Positions 28,930 through 39,060 of a stretch of 64,000 nucleotides of DNA are shown piece after piece; position 1 is the first letter of the stretch, and the number at the start of each line of letters is the position of its first letter. The notes under the pieces were generated by a model. It worked only from the letters and a program-made list of their open reading frames with translations, did no database searches and was not told the origin of the DNA. A program made the translations under genes and the position numbers. The stretch lies in contig JAHFFW010000003.1 in the NCBI GenBank assembly GCA_023247725.1, positions 64,704 through 128,703 on the forward strand, read 5' to 3'. This DNA is from Candidatus Omnitrophota bacterium (GTDB lineage: Bacteria; Omnitrophota; Gorgyraeia; Zapsychrales; JAHFFX01).

Positions 28930-29577
28930 ATGAGCAAAATACTCAAAGTGCAAGAAGAAATGAAGGGACACAATTTCAACTTCGTTTCTGCAGCGGTGGA
29001 GAAAATGGCGGGTGAAAAAAGCGGTAATTCCTTCGCCGCCAGCCTCGCCCATACCGGCTTTCGCCAGGCCGGTGGACCTTCACCAAAATTAGGCCTCTTG
29101 ATCAGCATCCTGTCAGGCAGTGCCGTGGTTGGTTTTTCCCTGGCCTTATTGCTTGTTAATATGAAAATGCTGGATCAGGTTAAAACCAATTCGCACTCAA
29201 GCCTTCAACTCGATCATGAGTTAAGCCAATTAAACCAGCGGCTGGCAAAGCTGGAGCAGTTCACGGGCGATTTTAAGGAAATGGCTGTCAAAGATCATGA
29301 GGATTTCCGAGGCCGATTAACGCAAATCAAAGGTTCAATGACCCATCAGGAAAATGATCTTTTGACCATTGACGAACACATAAAAGGGCTGCAGGGGAAC
29401 ATATCGCAAATAAGCGGCACCATTCAACAAAATGCAGATGAAATCGCCGAAATCAAACACAATAGTAATCTGCTCCAAGCCAAATTAAGCTCTCTGAATT
29501 CTATGGGCCAGAATTTGAAAGGGCAATATGATGAGCTCAGGGGCATGTTGAGATTAACGACGGGAAAGACGCAGTAA
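28930..29577 (+). CDS. Single-TM coiled-coil hypothetical protein
   Basis: ATG after AAGGAG; one hydrophobic segment then heptad-rich region. Confidence 0.6.
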   Translation: MSKILKVQEEMKGHNFNFVSAAVEKMAGEKSGNSFAASLAHTGFRQAGGPSPKLGLLISILSGSAVVGFSLALLLVNMKMLDQVKTNSHSSLQLDHELSQLNQRLAKLEQFTGDFKEMAVKDHEDFRGRLTQIKGSMTHQENDLLTIDEHIKGLQGNISQISGTIQQNADEIAEIKHNSNLLQAKLSSLNSMGQNLKGQYDELRGMLRLTTGKTQ

Positions 29578-29619
29578 CCATCAAGCCTAAGTCATCAGCT
29601 AACGAGAGAAAGGATCACT

Positions 29620-30405
29620 ATGGGAAAGATCACCAGTGCCTTAAAAAAAGCCGCGGAAGAACGCTTGTACCGGATTGATAAGATTGCCAAGATTCGCGAA
29701 GAAAGCCGTTTGGTTGTTCGCAAAATGGGCAATTCCAGGGTGGATAGTCGGATTGTTTCCTATTTTGATCCCAAGGCCCTGATCACGGAACAGTATAAAG
29801 TTCTGCGGACCAATTTTCTTTCCTTAAATAAAGGTCGGCCGCCCAAAACCATGGTGATCACCAGTTCCCTTCATTCAGAAGGCAAGACCATCACCGCTCT
29901 AAACCTGGCTGTTTCTTTGGCGCACACGGTCCATAAGCCAAAGATTCTTATGATTGACGCGGACTTGCGCCGGGGGCGAATTTCTAAATATCTTGGAGTC
30001 GAACAGGAAAAAGGATTAACCGAAATCCTGGAGGGAAAAGGCCTTCTTGAAGAAGCCATGTTTCACATCGATCTAGAAAATCTGACATTCATGGCCTCTG
30101 GATCGGTACCACCGAACCCTTCGGAGTTATTGGCTTCTGATGCTATGCGCAATCTGATCCATGAAGTTCGGGGAAAGTTTGATTACGTTCTCATCGATAC
30201 CCCACCCATCATTTCCGTCACCGATGCTGGTATTGTGGGTGCGCTCGCCGAAGGTGTGCTCATGGTAATCCAGGCCGGGCGGACCCAGCGCGGCATTGTT
30301 GACCGTGCCACAGAACTTCTGCACCAGGCTCATGCCCGCTTGATCGGGCATGTGTTGACCAATATTGAGTATCATTTGCCGGAATATATTTATCGGTATT
30401 TATAA
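29620..30405 (+). CDS. BY-kinase (CpsD/CapB, Wzc C-terminal domain)
   Basis: EQYKVLRT, SEGKT, IDADLRR, LIDTPP, Tyr-rich tail EYHLPEYIYRYL. Confidence 0.9.
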   Translation: MGKITSALKKAAEERLYRIDKIAKIREESRLVVRKMGNSRVDSRIVSYFDPKALITEQYKVLRTNFLSLNKGRPPKTMVITSSLHSEGKTITALNLAVSLAHTVHKPKILMIDADLRRGRISKYLGVEQEKGLTEILEGKGLLEEAMFHIDLENLTFMASGSVPPNPSELLASDAMRNLIHEVRGKFDYVLIDTPPIISVTDAGIVGALAEGVLMVIQAGRTQRGIVDRATELLHQAHARLIGHVLTNIEYHLPEYIYRYL

Positions 30406-30426
30406 AATCACCAGGCTTATCGGTAA

Positions 30427-30907
30427 CGGCCACGGTCACGAAGCCCGTTTCGTCTCTCGGTAAAGGTAACGAATGGAAGAAAAAAGACGAATAGCTAGTT
30501 TTGAAGACCTGGAGGTGTATTGAAACTCTTAGAGCGCGATGCTGATTGTCATGAGGGAGATCATTCCCAAACTTCCTATAAAGGAAAAATTCGATTTAGT
30601 CGATCAATTACGTCGTGCTTCTAAGGCACTCCCAAGATTGATCGCGGAAGGATTGCGAAGAGGCATCAAAAATCTGGATTCCAAAAATATCTCGATGACG
30701 CCATGGCAGAAAGTAATGAAATGGTTGTGAGTTTGAGACAAACGAAAGATCTTTATTCTCAACATGGGGATTGTCAGCTTTGCATTAAGCTCCTTGATGA
30801 TGACGATAAGTGTAGTCGACAGTTATATAAACTTGGCGAGGTCTGGAATAATTTCAAAAGTCGATGAACGTCACCGAATACCGATACGGGCATCGTGCCC
30901 GTGACCG
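30427..30907. repeat. 26-bp imperfect inverted repeats (hexamer-based) enclosing the four-helix-bundle gene
   Basis: CGGCCACGGTCACGAAGCCCGTTTCG (30427-30452) vs reverse complement of 30882-30907: 22/26. Confidence 0.65.
30473..30867 (+). pseudogene. Four-helix-bundle (23S rRNA IVP-like) gene, inactivated
   Basis: MEEKRRIASFEDLEVY*NS*SAM...EKFDLVDQLRRASKALPRLIAEG, frameshift ~30652, then AKRHQKSGFQKYLDDAMAESNE. Stops at 30521 and 30530. Confidence 0.8.
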
Positions 30908-31006
30908 AAAAACGAAACATAGCGGCTATTGGTTCTGGTGACTTCAACAGTTCCCTGGGACCCCGGGTCAGCTTGCAGACTTGGGGCTGGGGACGAAAGG
31001 ACAACC

Positions 31007-31969
31007 ATGTCACGATTCCTCATTACCGGCGGCGCAGGGTTTATCGGATCCAATATCGCGGAATATCTGGTTAAGCAAAATCATTTTGTCCGGGTCCTGG
31101 ATAATTTTGTTTCCGGCAAAGAATCCAATCTGGAATTCTCAAAAGAATTGGGCAGGGATCGATTCGAATTGATCCGGGGAGATATCCGGTCGAAAGACGA
31201 TTGTGGCCGTGCCTGCCATGGCATGGATTATGTCTTGCATCAAGCGGCCTTGCGTTCGGTCCCCAAATCTCTGACCGATCCTTTGAGTTATAATGATGTC
31301 AATATCAATGGAACGCTTTTTATGCTTCAGGCCGCTGCAAAAAACAAAGTGAAGCGCTTTGTGTTTGCCTCTTCCAGTTCGATTTATGGCGACACTGACA
31401 AATTCCCGCAAAAAGAGGAGCACTTGCCCCTTTTGATTTCCCCTTATGCATTAAGCAAATTGACGGGCGAATACTATTGCCGAATTTTCTCGGAATTCTT
31501 CCAGGTTGAAACCGTGTGCCTGCGTTATTTCAACGTCTTCGGTCCCAAACAGGCCCTCGATGACGAATATGCCGTTGTCATTCCCAAATTCATTCATTGT
31601 CTCATGCACGATGAACCACCGCCGATCTTTGGGACAGGTAAACAATCGCGTGACTTTACCTATATTGACAACGTAATCAGCGCGAATTATTTAGCCGCGA
31701 CGACTTCCAGCATTAAACATGAGATTTTCAATGTTGCCAATGGCCAGGATAACACCGTCCTCGAGCTGGTCCGCGCGCTTAACCGAATTTTGAAGAAAAA
31801 TATTGAGCCCGGCTTTCTTCCCGTCAGACCCGGCGATGTATTTCGTACGTTCGCGGATGTTTCTAAAATCAAGGCAAAATTGAATTTTACTCCCTTAGTG
31901 GATTTTGAGGCCGGACTTTTCCGAACCGTCGAGTATTTTAAAACCTTATACAGTGGGGCCACGAAATGA
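31007..31969 (+). CDS. NAD-dependent nucleotide-sugar epimerase (WbpP/UDP-GlcNAc 4-epimerase-like)
   Basis: TGGAGFIGS, HQAALRSVPKS, SPYALSK, YFNVFGP, SRDFTYIDNV. Confidence 0.88.
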   Translation: MSRFLITGGAGFIGSNIAEYLVKQNHFVRVLDNFVSGKESNLEFSKELGRDRFELIRGDIRSKDDCGRACHGMDYVLHQAALRSVPKSLTDPLSYNDVNINGTLFMLQAAAKNKVKRFVFASSSSIYGDTDKFPQKEEHLPLLISPYALSKLTGEYYCRIFSEFFQVETVCLRYFNVFGPKQALDDEYAVVIPKFIHCLMHDEPPPIFGTGKQSRDFTYIDNVISANYLAATTSSIKHEIFNVANGQDNTVLELVRALNRILKKNIEPGFLPVRPGDVFRTFADVSKIKAKLNFTPLVDFEAGLFRTVEYFKTLYSGATK

Positions 31970-32763
31970 AGATTTTGTTACCCAAAAGCCTCAGAGAAAT
32001 TCTGCACTATCGCGACCTGTGGTGGATGCTCACCCTGCGAGATATCCGAATCCGTTATAAGCAGGCCATCATGGGATTTTTATGGGCGCTCTTTATGCCC
32101 ATTGTAGCCATCTTTGCCGGCATCCTTATCAAAAAGGCCATGGCATTCATGGCCGGACAGGCCATGGATGAAAAGGCCATTGTAGCCATGACCTTTAAGG
32201 TGCTACCCTGGACCTTTTTTGCCAGCTCCATCCGTTTCGCGGTGCAAAGCCTCGTCGGCAATAGCAGTCTCATCACCAAAATTTATTTCCCCAGGGCGGT
32301 TCTTCCTTTGTCGGCAGTCTCCGCCTGTTTTTTTGATTTTTTAATAGCCGCGCTCATTCTGCCTGTTTTAATCGTCATTTTTCGAGCCCCGGTTAATCTT
32401 TACTATCTTTATCTGCCATATCTCATCTTGCTTGTTGTGCTTTTCACCTTGGGCGTCGGTTTATTGCTCTCGGCGGCGAATTTATTTTACCGAGACGTAA
32501 AGTACATCGTGGAGATCATCCTCATGTTCGGTATTTTTTTCACCCCGGTTTTCTATGATGCGAATTCCTTGGGGAAGTTTGGAACAATCATGCGGTTAAA
32601 CCCAATCGGGAGCATTCTGGAATCCATCAACCAGGTCATCAGCTTCAATCAGCCGCCGGATTCGGGTTGGTTAAGCTATGCTTCGGTTTGCTCATTGGGA
32701 ATGTTTTTACTGGGATTTTACTTTTTTCACAAATTTGAACCGGCTTTTGCCGAAAACATTTAA
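31966..32763 (+). CDS. wzm: Polysaccharide ABC transporter permease
   Basis: RDIRIRYKQAIMG, LITKIYFPR, FTPVFY, LNPI. Confidence 0.9.
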   Translation: MKILLPKSLREILHYRDLWWMLTLRDIRIRYKQAIMGFLWALFMPIVAIFAGILIKKAMAFMAGQAMDEKAIVAMTFKVLPWTFFASSIRFAVQSLVGNSSLITKIYFPRAVLPLSAVSACFFDFLIAALILPVLIVIFRAPVNLYYLYLPYLILLVVLFTLGVGLLLSAANLFYRDVKYIVEIILMFGIFFTPVFYDANSLGKFGTIMRLNPIGSILESINQVISFNQPPDSGWLSYASVCSLGMFLLGFYFFHKFEPAFAENI

Positions 32764-32781
32764 AAAAAGGGTACAAGGTCG

Positions 32782-34080
32782 ATGAATGATTCCATGAAGT
32801 TTGAAGGTATTTGGAAAAAGTTTCGGCGGGGAGAAAAGTTTAATTCTCTGCGAGATGCTATTCCGGCATTTTTTAAGAATGCCTTGAACACCAAAGCCGA
32901 GGAAATCTTGGCCGACCAGGAATTCTGGGCGGTCAAAGACGTCAGTTTCTCCATTAAGAAGGGAGAGGTCGTCGGTATTATGGGACTCAACGGCGCCGGA
33001 AAAAGCACCATCCTCAAACTTTTGTCCCGAATTATGTTTCCGACGCGAGGACGGATAACAATTCATGGAAGACTTTCGGCGCTCATCGAGGTGACCGCCG
33101 GATTTCATCCGGACCTAACTGGACGAGAGAACGTGTATCTCAATGGAGCGATCCTGGGAATGAAAAGGAAAGAAATCGACGCCAAATTTGATCAAATCGT
33201 GGATTTCTCAGGAATTGCGGAATTCATTGATACGCCGGTCAAGCGGTATTCTTCTGGCATGTATTCGCGGCTGGGTTTCTCGGTGGCCGCCCATGTCGAT
33301 CCGGAAATTCTTCTGGTCGATGAAGTATTATCCGTGGGCGATATTTCTTTTCAGGCCCGCTGCGCTGAAAAGATGCGCGACCTACTCAAATCGGGTGTGA
33401 CCATCATCCTCGTGTCCCATAATTTGGCCCTGATTCAAAGCTTGTGCCAGCGGGCCATCCTCGTTGATCATGGACAGGTTCTCAGAGACGGCACGACCAT
33501 AGAGGTCCTTCCCCATTATGAAAACATCGTCCTAAAAATGCGCGAGGATATGATTCATCGCAGAATCGAGGATACCTCAGGCCGCGGCATCAAGGCCAAG
33601 GTTCACAATCCGGTTATGATCACGGGAGTCGGACTGTTTGATCAATTGGGGCAAAGTAAAAACAGATTTCAATTGGGCGATGAACTTCACCTGGCCATCC
33701 ATTACCGGGCCATTGAGAGAATTGAATCACCGATTTTTTCCGTTGAGATCATTCGTGCGGATGGCGTCGTGTGTTGTTTGGCGCGGACCGATGTCAATAA
33801 TCCCCTGCTTCCCTATATACAGGGAGAGGGCAGGATTAAACTCGATTTCGGCGTTCTGAATCTCGGGGCCGGAATCTATCAGGTGAAAGTCGTCATTTAT
33901 GACCAGGTCACGATGCATCCTTATGTCACCCGGGCCGAGGAGATTGTCAGATTCGATGCCGGAGGGAACACCATTGTTTATCAACCAATTTTCTATCCTC
34001 CGTCGCGTTGGGAGATCAGGCATTTGAATCCACCCTCAAGAGAAAAAGTGAAGACGGTTTACGAAAATGATTTTCAATAA
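32782..34080 (+). CDS. wzt: Polysaccharide ABC transporter ATPase with C-terminal extension
   Basis: GLNGAGKST, PVKRYSSGMYSRL, LLVDEVLSVGD; Wzt_C-like domain. Confidence 0.9.
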   Translation: MNDSMKFEGIWKKFRRGEKFNSLRDAIPAFFKNALNTKAEEILADQEFWAVKDVSFSIKKGEVVGIMGLNGAGKSTILKLLSRIMFPTRGRITIHGRLSALIEVTAGFHPDLTGRENVYLNGAILGMKRKEIDAKFDQIVDFSGIAEFIDTPVKRYSSGMYSRLGFSVAAHVDPEILLVDEVLSVGDISFQARCAEKMRDLLKSGVTIILVSHNLALIQSLCQRAILVDHGQVLRDGTTIEVLPHYENIVLKMREDMIHRRIEDTSGRGIKAKVHNPVMITGVGLFDQLGQSKNRFQLGDELHLAIHYRAIERIESPIFSVEIIRADGVVCCLARTDVNNPLLPYIQGEGRIKLDFGVLNLGAGIYQVKVVIYDQVTMHPYVTRAEEIVRFDAGGNTIVYQPIFYPPSRWEIRHLNPPSREKVKTVYENDFQ

Positions 34081-35380
34081 GAAGAAAAAGAACATTCGCG
34101 AGCATTTGGTTCTGCTCAGAAGAATCCCCGCACCGCCCAAAGGGGAGTGGGGGGGAATGGAACGATTAATGCTGGATTGGCTGGAGCGGATTGATTACGA
34201 ATCCTGCCATGCCACCATTGCGGTTTCGCCGGGATGGGGAGGCAGATTTCATCAGGAAACCGTGGCGCGGAATTTACCGGTTCGGGTTGTGGAATTCCCT
34301 TTCTCGCTTGAAGTTGGACCGGGGCGGAGATTTGTAAGGATATTTTTATTTCTGAAGAGGCTCCGGCCCACGGTCACGGTTTTTCTCCAAGGGTGGTTTT
34401 GGGAATTCCGTTTACCGGATTTGATCGCCGCTAATCTTTTGACCGGCGGTCGGGTATTCATGCATGAAAATTTGGGCGCGGATGCTCCGATACCAAAAAC
34501 CAGCCGGAAATATTTTGGTTTGATTCCAGGATTCGCGCTCTGGTGGTATCACCAGATAGGAATGTCCAGCGGCAGAGCCCTATTGACCAAAAAAATTATT
34601 ACCGTCAGCCAAGGTTTGAAAGATCGCATGGTGGAATTATGGAAATATCCTTCCAATAAAATTCAGGTCATTTACCACGGGGTCGATACGGCTCGTTTGA
34701 GTCATTCCGGGGAATTGCGCGAGCGGATGAGACAAGAGCATGGAATTAAGTCAGAAGAGAAGATGATCATGATGCTTTGCCGGCTGACAAAACAAAAGCG
34801 CGTCGATCGGGCCCTGGAGGCATTCGCCGCCATCTCGAAGGAGTCACCGCAAGTCCGAATGACGATTATTGGCGGAGGGCCTCAGGAACAGGAATTAAAA
34901 CGACTGGCGGCGACGTACTCACTCAACGGGACCGTCAGGTTTCTTGGCCATGTGGATCATCCTAAGATTTATTTGACGATGAGCGATATTTATCTTTTAA
35001 CCAGTGATAACGAAGGTCTGAGTCTGTCGCTCATGGAAGCCATGGCTTGCGGATTAATTTGTGTTTCCACCGATTGCCCTGGCTCTGGTGAGGCTATTGA
35101 GAATGGCGTCAATGGGTTTCTCACCGAAATGAGTCCATCGGGGGTACGGGCGGGTCTAAAGAAGGCTTTAACCCTGACTTTGGAACAAAGAATCCAGATG
35201 GGCGAGCTCGCCAGAAAGACCGCCTTGGAAAAATTTGAAATTAATCAGAATATCCAAAGAATATTCGAGGTTTTTGGTATTCCATTTGACCACAAAGCTT
35301 TTTCCAATTCGTTCTCGCAACCCGCAAGCCAGGCACTCATCGGTTCGCGGGAATTTATTGAATGGTTGAATAAGGCATGA
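34067..35380 (+). CDS. GT4 glycosyltransferase
   Basis: WGGMER, VIYHGVD, NEGLSLSLMEAMACG. Confidence 0.88.
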   Translation: MIFNKKKKNIREHLVLLRRIPAPPKGEWGGMERLMLDWLERIDYESCHATIAVSPGWGGRFHQETVARNLPVRVVEFPFSLEVGPGRRFVRIFLFLKRLRPTVTVFLQGWFWEFRLPDLIAANLLTGGRVFMHENLGADAPIPKTSRKYFGLIPGFALWWYHQIGMSSGRALLTKKIITVSQGLKDRMVELWKYPSNKIQVIYHGVDTARLSHSGELRERMRQEHGIKSEEKMIMMLCRLTKQKRVDRALEAFAAISKESPQVRMTIIGGGPQEQELKRLAATYSLNGTVRFLGHVDHPKIYLTMSDIYLLTSDNEGLSLSLMEAMACGLICVSTDCPGSGEAIENGVNGFLTEMSPSGVRAGLKKALTLTLEQRIQMGELARKTALEKFEINQNIQRIFEVFGIPFDHKAFSNSFSQPASQALIGSREFIEWLNKA

Positions 35381-37800
35381 TGAACCCAAAGATATTTATT
35401 ATCACGGTCAACTGGAACAGTTTTTTGGATGTCTCGGTCTGTTTGGAGTCTCTGCGGAAAGTGGACTATCCCAATTTTCGCGTGATCGTCGTTGATAATG
35501 GCTCAACCGACGATTCCTTAAAACGCATTCGGGAATTGTATCCGGAAGTGATCCTCATTGCGCATGCCGAAAATCTAGGCCTGGCTGCCGCGAATAATAG
35601 CGGGATCCGATATGGGCTAAAGGATGGAATGGACTTCGGTTTGATCCTCAACAACGATGCGGTGGTGGATTCCCAGATCTTGAAGATTTTTATACAAGCA
35701 GCCCATGATCATCCCAAAGCCGGGATCTTTGGTGCCAGGATTTTTTATTTATCGTCGCCTGATCGGATCTGGTGGGCGAAACCGCAATGGAACCCCGAAA
35801 CTGGCGAATTCTTCAACGAAGGCCACGATCAAATCGAGGATCCACAAAATCCTTTATTGCCGGGAGAAATCGCTTATGCCAATGGCTGTGCGTTATTTTT
35901 CCGTCGGGAAGTCGCGGAAACAATTGGCCTCATGGATGAGCGATTCTTTATTTATTTTGAGGAAATCGATTGGTGCTGGCGCGCTCGGTCCGCCGGATTC
36001 CAAATCAGGTTCGAACCACAGGCCAAGGTCTGGCATAAGGTCGCGGCTTCTTCTGGTGGCAGGCGCTCGCCGGTTATGACCTATTTCGAAACCCGTAACA
36101 AATTTCTTTGGGCCAGCCGCAATCTGTCGAGGTCAGAGCGACGTCGGTTTTGTGGGAAACTGATCAGATCCTTTCTTTCTTCCACTTTTTATAGCAAAGA
36201 GACCCTCTTGGCCAAAAGAATTTATTGGGACCTGCGTCATCTCATGAGCTCCCACGGAAAGGCTAAACTTCGCGGCCTTCTGGACTATGTCTGCGGTCGA
36301 TTTGGGAATTGCCCGCCCTGGATCCGCCGTTTGCCATCACCCCCGATTTTTTCCTTAAGAAAAAAAATATTATTGATTGTTAAAGGTTTTTATTTCCCTT
36401 TGCGGAATGGCGGGCAAATGCGGACTTGGAATTTTATCCGAGCCTTGGCCCCGGAGCATGATTTGTTTTTATTAAATATTTATGAAGAGCCGATGGAACC
36501 GAGGTTCGATGAAAAGGATTGTGCCGCGAAATTTCAACGGACCTGGCAAGGGAGGAAGCGGCCGGACAATGGATACGGCCTTTCTCTGCGGCAAAGAATC
36601 AGCAAATTCATCCGCGGGATTCCCTGGGAATTAAATCCCGATGGGCAACCAGAGATTACCGACGAGCTTGCCCGGGCCTTTTCGCAAGCGCCGTTTGACT
36701 ATGTGTTGGTGCGTTACCTGGCCCAGGCTCAATACCTGGAAAAATACCGGGGGCGCTTGCGGGAAAAAATCATTTTGGATCTGGACGATTTGGAAACCCA
36801 AAAAATTTTCCCTCTGACAGCCATCGAAGGATATCGTGATCTCTATGATTTGTGGAGAAAGCGCCTCAATTTGTGGATCTATGAACGCTATCATAAAAGC
36901 TTTCTTAGGCAAGTGGCCTGCACGATTGTTTGCTCAGAAAAGGATCGTCAATATCTTCTAAAAAATGATTGGACCAAAAAAATTACAGTCATTGCCAATG
37001 CGCTCGATTTGGATACCATCTCCTTAACATCGCGAAGATTCCCATCGGCTGCGAAGGCAAGTCCCGCGCTCTCGGGGGAAGGCGAAGCCGTCGCTGTCTC
37101 GGTTCCCTCTCAACCCTTTAATTTTCCTCGGGACCAAGGTCTTGAGCCTCTCGAAGACGCCTCGGGCCAACCACCATCCACCTTCACCCTGGCCTCAAAC
37201 GAAGGGACGCCGAGAGAGAGATTCGGCAACCTCGTCGGATCGATCAATGAAAACAAAACCAAGGAGATTCTTTTTGTAGGATCTTTATTTTATAAACCAA
37301 ACTGGGAAGGTATCGTTTGGTTTGCGGAAAAAATTTTTCCAAACATTTTGCTGAAGGAACCCGAGGCAAGATTAGTGATTGTGGGGTGCCGTCCGCGGCC
37401 GGAGGTTATTGCTTTGAGCCGGCAAGAAGCCATCACGCTCTATGCGGATGTCGACGATCTTTCCACTTTCTACCAGCGCTCTAGCCTCGTTATTGTCCCG
37501 ATCCGCATTGCGGGAGGAACAAGAATTAAAATTCTGGAGGCTGCTTTATTTCAGAGACCGGTCGTGACAACGACCATTGGAGCCCAAGGATTGGAGATGG
37601 TGGCCAACAAGCATTGTTTGGTTGCCGATAGCGAAGACGGCTTTGCCCAGGCTTGCCTTAGACTTCTCCGGGAACCATCCTTAACGGCAAGATTAGTTCA
37701 GGAAAATGCGCATCTGGTCCGATCTTTGTACAGTTACTCGACGGCAAAAAAAAAGATTTTAGAAATATTCAATGGGTGTCTTAAAGCGGGGGCAGCTTAA
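35377..37800 (+). CDS. GT2-GT4 fusion glycosyltransferase with ~75-aa in-frame insert
   Basis: GT2: VVDNGSTDDS, LNND, FFIYFEEIDWC. GT4: GGQMR, LFVGSL, GGTRIKILEA. Confidence 0.85.
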   Translation: MMNPKIFIITVNWNSFLDVSVCLESLRKVDYPNFRVIVVDNGSTDDSLKRIRELYPEVILIAHAENLGLAAANNSGIRYGLKDGMDFGLILNNDAVVDSQILKIFIQAAHDHPKAGIFGARIFYLSSPDRIWWAKPQWNPETGEFFNEGHDQIEDPQNPLLPGEIAYANGCALFFRREVAETIGLMDERFFIYFEEIDWCWRARSAGFQIRFEPQAKVWHKVAASSGGRRSPVMTYFETRNKFLWASRNLSRSERRRFCGKLIRSFLSSTFYSKETLLAKRIYWDLRHLMSSHGKAKLRGLLDYVCGRFGNCPPWIRRLPSPPIFSLRKKILLIVKGFYFPLRNGGQMRTWNFIRALAPEHDLFLLNIYEEPMEPRFDEKDCAAKFQRTWQGRKRPDNGYGLSLRQRISKFIRGIPWELNPDGQPEITDELARAFSQAPFDYVLVRYLAQAQYLEKYRGRLREKIILDLDDLETQKIFPLTAIEGYRDLYDLWRKRLNLWIYERYHKSFLRQVACTIVCSEKDRQYLLKNDWTKKITVIANALDLDTISLTSRRFPSAAKASPALSGEGEAVAVSVPSQPFNFPRDQGLEPLEDASGQPPSTFTLASNEGTPRERFGNLVGSINENKTKEILFVGSLFYKPNWEGIVWFAEKIFPNILLKEPEARLVIVGCRPRPEVIALSRQEAITLYADVDDLSTFYQRSSLVIVPIRIAGGTRIKILEAALFQRPVVTTTIGAQGLEMVANKHCLVADSEDGFAQACLRLLREPSLTARLVQENAHLVRSLYSYSTAKKKILEIFNGCLKAGAA

Positions 37801-37803
37801 ACG

Positions 37804-39030
37804 ATGAATATCTGTCTCTTGTGCCGAAATTTTCATAAAGATAGAGGAGGGATTGAGACCTTCACCCGCGACTTTGCCTTGGCCCTTGTCTTACAGGGGC
37901 ACGCGGTCCATATCATTGCTCAGGATATTGGAGAATATAACCGGAGGATTCTGAATCCTTTGATTCATGTTCATCATGCGGCATTTAAGGTGAAACCGTT
38001 TTTAGGTTATTGGAGGCTGGACCATTTTTTCCCCATTGAAGACCTTCACTATTCCAAGGCCGTCGCTGCAAAAGTGAGAGAAGTCAGCCAAATTCATCAC
38101 CTTGATATTGTGGAAACCATGGATTATTTTCGGCAAGGGTATTGGTTGGCCCGCCAAAAAAATCTCCCGTTATTTTTTCGGCTGCACGGCTGGATCTTTA
38201 ATCGTTCCCACGGCCGGATCGATCCTTTTCCGACGTTGAGCTTAAGGGAACTGATTTCTTGGAAAATGCAAAAGGATACCTTGGCTGCTTCCGATGGGAT
38301 TGCGGCCGTTTCCGCCGATACTGCCGATTTCGCCAAAAAAATCTGGAATCTCCATAATAAAAATGTCAAAGTCATCCACAATGGAATCGACAGCCAACAC
38401 TTTTATCCAGGAGAAACTATTCGTCACCAAAGCGTATTGTTTTCCGGAAGGCTGACTCGTAATAAAGGGATTCATACCTTGGCCGAGGCGATCCCTTTGG
38501 TTTTGAATCAGTGCCCGCAGACCACCTTCATCATTGCCGGGAAGGAAACCACCGTTCAAAAAGATCAATCCGTGATCGAAATGATGAAGGCGACGGTTCC
38601 CGCCGATAATTTCGTTTGTTTGGGAGAAATATCGAAGCAAGAATTGATCTCGTATTATCAAAAAAGTTCTATTTTTGTGCTGCCTTCCATCTATGAATCA
38701 TTTGGTTTGGTGGCCCTGGAAGCCATGGCCAGTGGTTGTGCGGTTGTCGCTTCCAATGTGGGAGGGCTTAAAGAAATCATCGAAAACGAAAAGGATGGAT
38801 TGCTTGTGCCGCCCGCCGATCCCGTTGCCCTGGCCGAGGCGGTTATCCGGTTGTTGAAGAATCCGGCATTCCGAAAGGAACTGAGCGTCCAAGCCATGGC
38901 TAAAGTCAATCAAAAATTCACTCTGGAGCGCGTGGTCCGGGAATCCATTGAGGCTTACGAAGAAGCCATTGCTTCCTTTAGAAATGAGCGACCGCGGCAG
39001 GTGTTAAGAGGAGACATCGCCTCAGCTTAA
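37804..39030 (+). CDS. GT4 glycosyltransferase
   Basis: GGIET, IHNGID, ESFGLVALEAMASG. Confidence 0.9.
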   Translation: MNICLLCRNFHKDRGGIETFTRDFALALVLQGHAVHIIAQDIGEYNRRILNPLIHVHHAAFKVKPFLGYWRLDHFFPIEDLHYSKAVAAKVREVSQIHHLDIVETMDYFRQGYWLARQKNLPLFFRLHGWIFNRSHGRIDPFPTLSLRELISWKMQKDTLAASDGIAAVSADTADFAKKIWNLHNKNVKVIHNGIDSQHFYPGETIRHQSVLFSGRLTRNKGIHTLAEAIPLVLNQCPQTTFIIAGKETTVQKDQSVIEMMKATVPADNFVCLGEISKQELISYYQKSSIFVLPSIYESFGLVALEAMASGCAVVASNVGGLKEIIENEKDGLLVPPADPVALAEAVIRLLKNPAFRKELSVQAMAKVNQKFTLERVVRESIEAYEEAIASFRNERPRQVLRGDIASA

Positions 39031-39060
39031 TTGTGAACGTCATCAAGGAAAAACAGATTT

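Noticed and set aside
30473-30867. DGR (Avd) or stop-codon recoding
   Set aside because: No reverse transcriptase or TR/VR pair. Mixed TGA, TAG and a frameshift indicate decay, and other genes use TGA/TAG as normal stops.
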